This document shows, piece after piece, positions 28,127 through 35,930 of a stretch of 50,164 nucleotides of DNA (within the stretch, counting starts at the first letter, position 1; each line of letters opens with the position of its first letter). This DNA is from Eubacteriales bacterium (GTDB lineage: Bacteria > Bacillota > Clostridia > Oscillospirales > CAG-272): positions 1 through 50,164 of the forward strand of contig JAZRDG010000053.1 of assembly GCA_045660125.1 (NCBI GenBank), given 5' to 3'. The notes beneath the pieces are model-generated. The model made no database searches, was not told where the DNA came from, and saw nothing but the letters and a program-made list of their open reading frames with translations. A program made the translations under genes and the position numbers.

Positions 28127-28156
28127 AGCGAGCCTCCAAGTTTGGTTTTACAATTT

Positions 28157-28199
28157 CATTATACCACAGAATAAGAGAAATGTAAAGAGGGCGTGGGGG
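28157..28199 (-). promoter_or_regulatory. sigma-A promoter module, copy 2
   Basis: Minus strand cccccacgccctcTTTACAtttc...tggTATAATg (N17); near-identical flanks to 32634-32677. Confidence 0.75.
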
Positions 28200-28249
28200 T
28201 GTTTGGAAATTGACCTCCTTGATCGCCCGCAATTTCACACAATTTGCGC

Positions 28250-28432
28250 GTAGGGAGGTGGCTTGCTGCCGCCGCGCTGCCCCAAGATCGTTTGGGCGGC
28301 CGCTCAATTCGGAAAACCAATCCCCCCTTTTTCGGTAGGGGTCGGCGCCCATCGACACCCGTCAAACGAAGGCGGCAGGAGCAAGCCCCTGCCCTACAAA
28401 ACACACGCGGGCGATTCGTGAATCGCCCCTAC
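28250..28432. repeat. cluster of GTAG-type REP sequences
   Basis: GTAGGG-hairpin units at 28250 and 28335; inverted hairpin-CCCTAC units ending at 28397 and 28432. Confidence 0.75.
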
Positions 28433-28440
28433 GACCATAT

Positions 28441-28468
28441 AAAAAAGCCCTGCATAGCAGAGCTTTTT
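28441..28468 (-). terminator. intrinsic terminator (copy of 29293-29319)
   Basis: aaaaaagccctgc-ata-gcagagcttttt. Confidence 0.8.
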
Positions 28469-28510
28469 ATATGTTGCACCAAAATCACACCAACATTCAA
28501 CGCTGTTCTG

Positions 28511-28529
28511 CTCGACAAATTGGAATTTG
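28511..28529 (-). repeat. gene-boundary palindromic motif, copy 1
   Basis: Minus strand CAAATTCCAATTTGTCGAG, 1 nt after the TAG stop. Confidence 0.7.
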
Positions 28530-28530
28530 A

Positions 28531-29184
28531 CTACCTTTTCTTGTATATCACAAGTTCAGGATTCTCTCCGTTTGCTTCATATGTGCATACAAGAAGAAAA
28601 TCCATATTGGCGACAATTCCGTAGCACTTTGTTTGACCCTCAAGTTGACTACCGAGATAGGTCTGCTTATAGTCAAGAAATTTCACTTTTTCTCCGTTTG
28701 GGAGTGTGTATTCTATATTGACAAATTCACCGGGCAGCACGTTCAGATTCTCAACCTTGGGCAATCCTTCGATATGCAAAAGTGTGTTAAATTCGTTTAT
28801 CAGCTGCTCTTTGAATTCTTCGAGCTTTTCTTTTCCGCCAATTTCGGCATATCGCTTCCAGATATCAAGGGTGTATTCACCGTCGGCATAGCACCATTTG
28901 CAGTATTCCTCATTGAAATTGCCGTCGGTTTCTTTGCTGATATTATAGTCCTCGAGAGGCATACCGCAGCATTCGCAAATGAGTTCTCTCGGAGAACCGA
29001 GGAGCGTATTGATCGACACGTCAAACAATTTTGAAAGAAGCTTGAGCGTATCTATATTCGGTATCGTTTCACCTGTTTCCCAACGGGAAACCGCCTGACG
29101 AGTAACGAACACCTTTTCTGCGAGTTCCTCTTGCGAAAGTCCTTTTTTTGTTCTTAATTCGTAGATTACATCTTTCGTTTCCAT
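28531..29184 (-). CDS. XRE HTH regulator with zinc ribbon and C-terminal domain
   Basis: LSQEELAEKVFVTRQAVSRWETG; CECCGMP...YCKWC; own promoter TTGTCA..TATAAT with palindrome agcaac-ttgct-gttgct at 29243-29259. Confidence 0.88.
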   Translation of the reverse strand: METKDVIYELRTKKGLSQEELAEKVFVTRQAVSRWETGETIPNIDTLKLLSKLFDVSINTLLGSPRELICECCGMPLEDYNISKETDGNFNEEYCKWCYADGEYTLDIWKRYAEIGGKEKLEEFKEQLINEFNTLLHIEGLPKVENLNVLPGEFVNIEYTLPNGEKVKFLDYKQTYLGSQLEGQTKCYGIVANMDFLLVCTYEANGENPELVIYKKR

Positions 29185-29292
29185 AAAATCACCACCTTCG
29201 TTAGTTGTGATTGTATTATACCACGGGCTGTCAGCATTGACAAGCAACTTGCTGTTGCTGTCAGCTCTGCATTTGACCCCCATCCGATAAGC

Positions 29293-29319
29293 AAAAAGCC
29301 CTGCTTTGGCAGAGCTTTT
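29293..29319 (-). terminator. intrinsic terminator (copy of 28441-28468)
   Basis: aaaaagccctgc-tttg-gcagagctttt. Confidence 0.8.
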
Positions 29320-29338
29320 CAGGAGCTGCGCCAATCGG

Positions 29339-29659
29339 TCAGCTTTCGCTTTCTTTTTTTATAGAGAGTGCGGGATACGGCTGCTTTGCATCGGGCATAA
29401 ACGCGGTTTCAACCGTAATCACGTCTCCAACTGCCAGATCCGCAGGCACGTTCAGCGATTTTCCCGTAATACTGAAGCAGATCTCCGTGCCTTGATCGTC
29501 AATGGGCATGATCGTAACGGTCGTGTCAGTAAGCTCCGTGACCTTCCCCGTGTATATTTCGTGCCCGAGAAGCGGTGCGGGTCCGGGCGCAGGTACGGCA
29601 CAAGCAGCCAAACCCAAAACGCAAACCAAGATAATCATGCATGCTATCAACTTTTTCAT
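29339..29659 (-). CDS. small lipoprotein, OB-fold/YobA-like
   Basis: Lipobox LAAC; YTGKVTE...VGDVITV...YPA. Confidence 0.7.
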   Translation of the reverse strand: MKKLIACMIILVCVLGLAACAVPAPGPAPLLGHEIYTGKVTELTDTTVTIMPIDDQGTEICFSITGKSLNVPADLAVGDVITVETAFMPDAKQPYPALSIKKESES

Positions 29660-29673
29660 ACTCGTCCTCCCTC

Positions 29674-29692
29674 TTTGTCATAACCGGATTTG
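29674..29692 (-). repeat. gene-boundary motif, copy 2 (degenerate)
   Basis: Minus strand CAAATCCGGTTATGACAAA directly after TGA. Confidence 0.55.
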
Positions 29693-30046
29693 TCATTCGG
29701 TCAGGTTTCCTGTCTCAATCAAAACACCTAATGCCTTTTGAGGTACGTCGTCCTTGGAGCCGGATGCAATTTTTATCATTAAATAGGCTCTCGTAGATTC
29801 CGGATAGCTCTCCGCAAATGCCGACTTATGTATAATGAGCAGCTTGTCGCCCGTTTGATAGTCTGTGTCCTTACCGTATGCAAGTCCGACAGGTCTGTCG
29901 TCATATACCATATACACACGATTATTATCGCTGATAATACATCTCGCAACCGTAATTTGATTGCCGCTGAAATATACGCCCGCAACGCCCAATAAAAGGA
30001 TCGACACGATGATTATAACAGGAATGAACCATTTTTTATTTTTCAC
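29693..30046 (-). CDS. small membrane-anchored protein with GD...AESYP motif (YobA/DUF3221-like)
   Basis: GTG start, N-terminal TM helix, TGDKLLI...FAESYP. Confidence 0.7.
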   Translation of the reverse strand: MKNKKWFIPVIIIVSILLLGVAGVYFSGNQITVARCIISDNNRVYMVYDDRPVGLAYGKDTDYQTGDKLLIIHKSAFAESYPESTRAYLMIKIASGSKDDVPQKALGVLIETGNLTE

Positions 30047-30080
30047 GGTAAACTGCCCTCCATTTTATAAAAGTTGTTAT

Positions 30081-30122
30081 CCCTTCACACTATAAGACGG
30101 CAAAAATGGTCGGAAGGTTACA
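30081..30122 (-). promoter_or_regulatory. ECF-type promoter
   Basis: Minus strand TGTAAC-N17-CGTCTTAT. Confidence 0.6.
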
Positions 30123-30150
30123 TCAAATGAAAAAATTTACCTTGATATAC

Positions 30151-31041
30151 TTATTCGACCTTGTATATTTCATATTTCACGTTGTCCGGATCGGATTTAT
30201 CCACGATACAATGGTAGAAAGCCCCTGTTTCCTCGTCGATATATACCTGTACCGCTCTCCCCGTTTTGTGATCGGTACCATAAAATTTCAACGGCTTCCC
30301 ATCAACAAAAGGAAAGGTAATTCCCCAGCCAAAGCTGCTTCTCATTCTTTTGGCAATGAAGATTTCCTTGCACCGCTCGTTACGCCATTTGGTGATTTCT
30401 TTGCCCGTCAACCCCTCGGGGGTGTTTTGAATGACGTGCTCTATGATGTATTTTTCGGTGTTGGAATTGACAAATCTTGCATCAACGTTGCATTTATTCG
30501 TAAGATAATAGTAATCGGACAGATACCAATCGTGCCCTTTTTCCGACGCCAATTCCGTATGACCTATTTTTTCGGCAGAATCCTTATACAGTTTCATTTG
30601 GTGTCCGTAGAAAATCTTACAATACAAAGCATTATAATGCGCAATGCCGTTCAGATAACCCGTTTCAAAGGGCTGTATATTTTCATGATAAAATGCGTCA
30701 ATCGTATTTTCAAATGCATCTGCATCTATCTCGAAAAAGTCCCAATGATAGCCGTCCGCCGTTTTGTAAAACAACTTATTCGCCGTGTAGGTATCTATCA
30801 GCATCGCATCATCCAAAATGCTCTTTGTGATTTTGCCGATTTCGGGATGGCATTCTTTTATGATCATGCTTAAATACATTTCAGCTCCGCCGTTGTAAAC
30901 GGCTTGCTTCAAGATGATGATCGAATCCTTTAACTCCAAATAAAACAATTTGGAACCGCAGTTCTTAAAATTGTATTTTCCTAAAGAATGCTTTAATAAT
31001 TTGCCTAACGATTCTTTATCCGTACTATGGTTTGTTTTCAC
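30151..31041 (-). CDS. hypothetical protein (AT-rich)
   Basis: GTG start after GAGGTG RBS, 296 aa, no family recognised. Confidence 0.7.
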   Translation of the reverse strand: MKTNHSTDKESLGKLLKHSLGKYNFKNCGSKLFYLELKDSIIILKQAVYNGGAEMYLSMIIKECHPEIGKITKSILDDAMLIDTYTANKLFYKTADGYHWDFFEIDADAFENTIDAFYHENIQPFETGYLNGIAHYNALYCKIFYGHQMKLYKDSAEKIGHTELASEKGHDWYLSDYYYLTNKCNVDARFVNSNTEKYIIEHVIQNTPEGLTGKEITKWRNERCKEIFIAKRMRSSFGWGITFPFVDGKPLKFYGTDHKTGRAVQVYIDEETGAFYHCIVDKSDPDNVKYEIYKVE

Positions 31042-31048
31042 GTAACAC

Positions 31049-31067
31049 CTCGTCAAATTGGGATTTG
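31049..31067 (-). repeat. gene-boundary motif, copy 3
   Basis: Minus strand CAAATCCCAATTTGACGAG, 3 nt after TAA; its end supplies the next RBS. Confidence 0.7.
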
Positions 31068-31070
31068 CAT

Positions 31071-31736
31071 TTAGATAGTCTTTAAATTGTTATCTAAAAA
31101 TTCAACGATTTCGGAAACAGGTGGCGATGCATCTCCGCGCTGCTTATCAAGCGGATGCGCATTTCTATATGCATCAAGCTTGGATTTCAAAGCATCCCGA
31201 TCATACGTTGATCCCAAGTTGCTTTCTTCAACTCTGACGAAATTTTCGCCATGGTCAAAGCTTATGTAATAATCTTCAAAACCGGGATGTATTCGAATTA
31301 CAATATTATCTCTGGTAAGAAGATGAACTTTATGATCAGACTTATATTGAAACCCTTTTGTTATCAGCTTTTTAAAAGATCTTTTACCGGGTATACCAAA
31401 GCAACTAAAAGGTAATAAAACAATCAGAGCAATAAAACCGATTGGTAATACCAAAACAGTAGCCACTCCCATTATGATCCTATTGATGAAAGCACCTATT
31501 TTACCCCAAAGGTTCTTCCCTTTAAAAGATTCGTCAACGTCAATAAAATATATTTCAATCAGAATTCTGGATACCATCAATACCGCAGCAGGAATCGCCA
31601 ACAATATAATTGCCCACCAATCCATCGGTCCTGTAGGTTGCTTATTGAGTACACAATAATATAACGTCAAGAATAAAGCAATTAAAATCGTTGTGACTCC
31701 ACTGATCACTAATAAACCCTTGATTTTTCTTTCCAT
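31071..31736 (-). CDS. hypothetical membrane protein (~3 TM)
   Basis: GGTGGTG RBS, MERKIKG start, hydrophobic segments. Confidence 0.7.
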   Translation of the reverse strand: MERKIKGLLVISGVTTILIALFLTLYYCVLNKQPTGPMDWWAIILLAIPAAVLMVSRILIEIYFIDVDESFKGKNLWGKIGAFINRIIMGVATVLVLPIGFIALIVLLPFSCFGIPGKRSFKKLITKGFQYKSDHKVHLLTRDNIVIRIHPGFEDYYISFDHGENFVRVEESNLGSTYDRDALKSKLDAYRNAHPLDKQRGDASPPVSEIVEFLDNNLKTI

Positions 31737-31750
31737 TGTTTCACCACCAT

Positions 31751-31769
31751 ATCTGCTAATTGGAAGTTG
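31751..31769 (-). repeat. gene-boundary motif, copy 4
   Basis: Minus strand CAACTTCCAATTAGCAGAT, 10 nt after TGA. Confidence 0.55.
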
Positions 31770-31779
31770 TTCTGACCGG

Positions 31780-32022
31780 TCATGATGCATCATTCAAAAT
31801 TCGGATACCTTCCGCAACTCCAAACTTATACGTATCCATAAATATTCCTGCTTCCTTGATAATGATAGCAGATACCGAACAAAGGCAGGAAAAAGTAATG
31901 AGTATATAAAAAGCAACCGCACTTTGTTCTTTCATGAAAAGTCCACCCACAAATAAAGATAAGGCTAATACGAGCAACAAAGCAAAAATAACGAAAGTGA
32001 TAACATATTTTTGAGTTGTCAT
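31780..32022 (-). CDS. small 2-TM hypothetical protein
   Basis: GAAAGGGA RBS, 80 aa. Confidence 0.6.
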   Translation of the reverse strand: MTTQKYVITFVIFALLLVLALSLFVGGLFMKEQSAVAFYILITFSCLCSVSAIIIKEAGIFMDTYKFGVAEGIRILNDAS

Positions 32023-32040
32023 ACAGATCCCTTTCTATAT

Positions 32041-32592
32041 TTATTCTGTGAAATCATGTTGTTTGGTATTATTATCTAATAGTGACACGAGTTTGTTTTT
32101 ATATTCTTTTAGCTGTATTTCATCATCCGCAAATGTTTTTTTGATCAATTCATACACCATTTGTGCAGTAGGAATTCCTCTTACGTACAAAAAGGTTGGA
32201 TCAGTAATTTCATAATGAGAAATCACGTCAATAAGGTAATCCACGATTTCAACTGCGTCATGATTTCTGTTGACTTCGCAAAGGATCAATCCATAATAGT
32301 ATCTTACAAAGCAACCGCTCAACTCCATCGGTTCTTTTTTAAGATTGGGAGAATAGCACTTCAGCTTTTCATATAATTTGTTTTCAACCTCGGTTTTTCC
32401 GCAATATACCGCACACTGAAACAAATTAAACGTATTGGTTGCATTGCTGTTTTTGTGATATAATTTCTCAAATATCGGATATGCTTCTGCATGTTTTCCA
32501 TCTTTTGATAAAATCAATGCTTGCTGCAATTCCGTATCGGGTTGTGCTTTATCAGACTTGCGTTTGTCTTTCAACCAACCAAACAATCCCAC
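32041..32592 (-). CDS. hypothetical TPR-like protein
   Basis: GTG start after GGAGG; MGLFGWLK N-terminus; helical A..G.H.EAY.IFEK pattern. Confidence 0.7.
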   Translation of the reverse strand: MGLFGWLKDKRKSDKAQPDTELQQALILSKDGKHAEAYPIFEKLYHKNSNATNTFNLFQCAVYCGKTEVENKLYEKLKCYSPNLKKEPMELSGCFVRYYYGLILCEVNRNHDAVEIVDYLIDVISHYEITDPTFLYVRGIPTAQMVYELIKKTFADDEIQLKEYKNKLVSLLDNNTKQHDFTE

Positions 32593-32602
32593 AGTTCGTA
32601 TC

Positions 32603-32622
32603 CTCCGTCAAATTCAAGTTGA
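32603..32622 (-). repeat. gene-boundary motif, copy 5 (between promoter and first gene)
   Basis: Minus strand TCAACTTGAATTTGACGGAG, 12 nt after the -10 box, running into the GGAGG RBS. Confidence 0.6.
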
Positions 32623-32633
32623 TCCGTCTGTTC

Positions 32634-32677
32634 CATTATACCATAAAATTCCCGAAATGTAAAGAGGACGGCGGGGG
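32634..32677 (-). promoter_or_regulatory. sigma-A promoter module, copy 1 (array leader)
   Basis: Minus strand cccccgccgtcctcTTTACAtttc...tggTATAATg (N17). Confidence 0.75.
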
Positions 32678-32752
32678 CTTTACTGATTCCGGGCTTAATG
32701 AAATAATTTTTCTTTGCTTGATAGGTTTTTACATATATTCGACGTTTTTCTC

Positions 32753-32781
32753 TTGACGAAAGACAGATTTGCGGGTATAAT
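32753..32781 (+). promoter_or_regulatory. sigma-A promoter
   Basis: TTGACG-N17-TATAAT. Confidence 0.7.
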
Positions 32782-32822
32782 AATAGCATGATTACCAATA
32801 AATTCCATTTTGGAGTGTGAAT

Positions 32823-33881
32823 ATGTCAAACAAAGCAGAACATTATTCCGAACATATACATCCTGCCTTTGCGGGCTTTCGCCGTGAAAATCTGCTGTCC
32901 TGTTTTGGCGCTCTTTGCGAAAATGCGACCGTGACGCGCGCAGAGCTTGCCGCTGCGACCGAGCTTTCGATTATGACGACGGGCAAGATTGCGGACGCCA
33001 TGATCGAGAGTGGTGCGCTTGTGGAGCAAAAGCTGCCCTGCGCAAGCGCGGGGCGACGTCCGGGCACGTTGGGGTTTGCCGCAAAGCCCATTTTCCTGAT
33101 CCTTGATCTGGGCAGCCGCCGCTTTTGCGCGCATCTGCTCTCCCCTGCCTTGACTTACAAGGAGATCTGCGTGCATGATTACAACGATATTTTCCCGTTT
33201 GACGATAACCTGCTCATTTTCCTCAACGCCGTGCGCAGAGGGTGCAACGTTTCCAAGGATGCCTTGCCCTATCTTGCCGTGATCTGTGCGCCCGAGGACG
33301 ACAAGCGGCAATGCATTACGCGCTCGCTGCCCGTCTCACCGCGCTCTCGCCAGCATATGCTTGACTTTATTGCCAAGATCCTGCGGCGCGAATGCGATCT
33401 GGTGACGGATGAGGTCACAGCCGCACAACAGTATTTCAATTCCATGTCCGAGTACAAGAACATCGGCTGCGGCGCTTACGTGTGCCTGTCGGACATGACC
33501 TATGCCGCAGTTTGGATGCGCGGCAACCTGCTCAGCCCTCGCATTTGCAAGATCGGGGATCTGATCATGTCGGATCGCCGCCGCATCGCGGACGTGCTGG
33601 CAGACGCGCTTTGCACTGAGGATGCCACAGCACCCACCGCATATGCCATCAGCACGCTCGAAACCTTTTTCACGCCCGATTGCATCGTGCTGGAATCGGG
33701 ACGCTTTCGCATCGACGAGGCGTTTTTGGAGGGCGTTTATGCCGAGCTTGCGCGACTTGCTCCCGATCACGAACGCATTATCCCCTTGAAAACCTCGGAC
33801 GCAAAGCCGAGCATTGCGATCTGTGGCTGCGCCGCGGAATTGAGAAGAATGTGGTTTTATGATTTGACGGGGTTGGGATAA
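32823..33881 (+). CDS. divergent ROK-family transcriptional regulator
   Basis: TRAELAAATELSIMT HTH, AGRRP, LILDLG; size and layout of a ROK repressor, sugar-binding motifs degenerate. Confidence 0.75.
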   Translation: MSNKAEHYSEHIHPAFAGFRRENLLSCFGALCENATVTRAELAAATELSIMTTGKIADAMIESGALVEQKLPCASAGRRPGTLGFAAKPIFLILDLGSRRFCAHLLSPALTYKEICVHDYNDIFPFDDNLLIFLNAVRRGCNVSKDALPYLAVICAPEDDKRQCITRSLPVSPRSRQHMLDFIAKILRRECDLVTDEVTAAQQYFNSMSEYKNIGCGAYVCLSDMTYAAVWMRGNLLSPRICKIGDLIMSDRRRIADVLADALCTEDATAPTAYAISTLETFFTPDCIVLESGRFRIDEAFLEGVYAELARLAPDHERIIPLKTSDAKPSIAICGCAAELRRMWFYDLTGLG

Positions 33882-33904
33882 GTAAGATAAGAGATAAGAT
33901 ACTT

Positions 33905-34062
33905 CAACGGGAATCTGAACCCGTATTTCGAGCTGCGCTCGAAATGTCAAGCTGCTTTTTTTGTCGTATTGTGCGAAACTTTTCCGGCAGCTTGAAATGG
34001 TTTCGATTGAGCCCGTTGGGGTGCCAAAAAGGGACACACCGCAAAAGCGGCGTGTCCCTTTT
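33905..34062. repeat. tRNA-derived repeat element and terminator downstream of tRNA-Arg
   Basis: Inverted copy of the tRNA 3' half at 33997-34026, GC hairpin with T/A runs, degenerate direct copy of the T-arm at 33905-33922. Confidence 0.75.
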
Positions 34063-34137
34063 TGGCACCCCCAACGGGAATCGAACCCATAACTAACCCT
34101 TAGGAGGGGTTTATTATATCCATTTAACTATGGAGGC
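34063..34137 (-). tRNA. tRNA-Arg (anticodon CCT)
   Basis: GCCTCCATAGTTAAATGGATA...AACCC-CTCCTAA-GGGTT...GGTTCGATTCC...TGGGGGTGCCA; 75 nt cloverleaf with encoded CCA. Confidence 0.95.
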
Positions 34138-34284
34138 GTACTATTTGATTGACAAATGGAATTATAACACAAAGTCAGTAAAAAAGCAATACCTAATGAA
34201 AAATATCTCACTGCGAAAAAGTATTGCAATTTGAGGATTTTTGTGATATAATATTGGCAATAACCCAAGAAAGGATACACGATT

Positions 34285-35046
34285 ATGGGAAGAATGCTTG
34301 GTTCTTTTGCGGACGACGACGAGCTCGATCGCCCGGATCTTAATAAATGCCCCGACTGTGATTGCTTTTTTGCAAGCGATACCTGTCCGCTTTGTAAAAA
34401 GGTTTGCCCCGAGGAGATGCGCGCGGGCAACCGCAAGACCGTTAAGCCCAAGAAGCAAAGAAGACGCTCGGGCTCGGGCAGAGTCATGTTCATATCGTGG
34501 TATCACCGCTGGTGGTTTATCATACTCATGCTTGCGCTGTTCCCTTTGGTCGGCATCATTCTTTGCATCACCAGCCCGCACCAAACCTGGAAAAAGATTT
34601 TGTGCATTGCCCTGTATCTCCTGTTACCCACTTTGATAGGCGGTACGATGGTTTTGGGCTCCATTTTCATGGGAGAGATTTTCGGAGAGGATTTCGTTGA
34701 TACGTCACTGACGCGCGAAGAATACGTTGCGGCGTGCCAAACCGTTACCCCCGAGGAATATTACCGTTCTCCCGGCACATACAAGGATGCCTATATAACA
34801 ATGACGCTAAAGGTCGTTCGCAGAGAGGTCTCCGACTCGGGCGTATTTTACGTTTGCACCGATCCCGATAACGCCGACATCGTGATCGTGGTGCGCGACT
34901 ACCTGATCGAGGATCAGCAGAATTTCCTTGCAGGAGATACCGTTACGATATACGGTCAATACAGCCCCACCACCGCACGTATCGAGGCGAATGGCACAGA
35001 GCATATCGCACCGTTCATTTTTGCAGCTTATGCTGTGGTCAATTAA
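34285..35046 (+). CDS. membrane protein with N-terminal zinc ribbon and C-terminal OB-fold-like domain
   Basis: CPDC...CPLC, two TM helices, YYRSP..YKD...GDTVTIYG. Confidence 0.7.
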   Translation: MGRMLGSFADDDELDRPDLNKCPDCDCFFASDTCPLCKKVCPEEMRAGNRKTVKPKKQRRRSGSGRVMFISWYHRWWFIILMLALFPLVGIILCITSPHQTWKKILCIALYLLLPTLIGGTMVLGSIFMGEIFGEDFVDTSLTREEYVAACQTVTPEEYYRSPGTYKDAYITMTLKVVRREVSDSGVFYVCTDPDNADIVIVVRDYLIEDQQNFLAGDTVTIYGQYSPTTARIEANGTEHIAPFIFAAYAVVN

Positions 35047-35051
35047 AAAAT

Positions 35052-35080
35052 AAGAGGACACGCAAGTGTCCTCTTTATTT
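35052..35080. terminator. bidirectional terminator
   Basis: aagaggacac-gcaa-gtgtcctctt between convergent genes. Confidence 0.8.
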
Positions 35081-35930
35081 ATTTGATTGCAGCCTCTGCA
35101 GCAGTCAGCGTGTTCTGCAGCAGCATGGTAATGGTCATAGGACCGACGCCACCGGGTACGGGCGTGATCATAGATGCCACTTCGGAAACAGCCTCGAAAT
35201 CAACGTCGCCGCAAAGCTTTCCTTCTGCGTTACGGTTGATGCCCACGTCAATAACCACGGCGCCCGGCTTGACCATATCGGCAGTGACGAATCCTGCCCT
35301 GCCAACCGCGCTGACCAGAATATCCGCTTGCAGCGTTTGCGCCTTCAGATCGGGCGTGCGGCTGTGGCAGACCGTGACGGTGCCGTTATCGTGCAAAAGC
35401 AGCATTGCCATAGGCTTGCCCACGATATTGGAGCGACCGATCACCACGCAATGCTTGCCCGATGCGCTCACGCCGCTTCTTGCAAGCAGCTGCATCACGC
35501 CTGCGGGGGTACAAGGCAATACGTGATAGTCACCGATCATGATCTTGCCTACGTTATAAGGATGGAACGCATCCACGTCCTTTTCGGGCTTGATGCGCAA
35601 AAGGATCTTTTGCTCATCAAGGTGCCTCGGCAGCGGAAGCTGCACCAAAATGCCGTGAATACTGCTCTGCTCGTTGAGCGTGTCGATCAGCGCGAGTATC
35701 TGCTGCTCGGTCGCGTCTGCAGGCAGCTCGTGTACCTCGGAGTAAAAGCCCACCTCGGCGCACGCCTTATGCTTGTTTCTGACGTAGACGCGCGATGCGG
35801 GGTCTTCCCCTACGATAATGACCGCAAGTCCGGGCACGATGCCGTGCGCTTGCTTGAATTGCTCTGTTTTAACAGCCAGCTCTGCGCGGATCTCGGCAGA
35901 GATGCGTTTTCCGTCAATGATCGTTGCCAT
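35079..35930 (-). CDS. folD: bifunctional methylenetetrahydrofolate dehydrogenase/cyclohydrolase
   Basis: GILVQLPLP, KDVD, PCTPAG, GRSNIVGKP, TPVPGGVGPMT. Confidence 0.95.
   Translation of the reverse strand: MATIIDGKRISAEIRAELAVKTEQFKQAHGIVPGLAVIIVGEDPASRVYVRNKHKACAEVGFYSEVHELPADATEQQILALIDTLNEQSSIHGILVQLPLPRHLDEQKILLRIKPEKDVDAFHPYNVGKIMIGDYHVLPCTPAGVMQLLARSGVSASGKHCVVIGRSNIVGKPMAMLLLHDNGTVTVCHSRTPDLKAQTLQADILVSAVGRAGFVTADMVKPGAVVIDVGINRNAEGKLCGDVDFEAVSEVASMITPVPGGVGPMTITMLLQNTLTAAEAAIK

Noticed and set aside
32044-32065. Extra boundary motifs at the end of the 32041 gene and near 30125-30140
   Set aside because: Only weak resemblance (CAACATGATTTCACAG; TAAATTTTTTCATTTG) in AT-rich DNA; not counted
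28511-32622. Boundary motifs as a CRISPR array or classical attC sites
   Set aside because: Spacing is gene-sized and irregular, no cas genes, and no long attC hairpin or integron integrase
25217-34137. tRNA-anchored integrative island or prophage
   Set aside because: No integrase, phage or conjugation genes, and I found no distal direct repeat of the tRNA 3' end beyond the short copy at 33905
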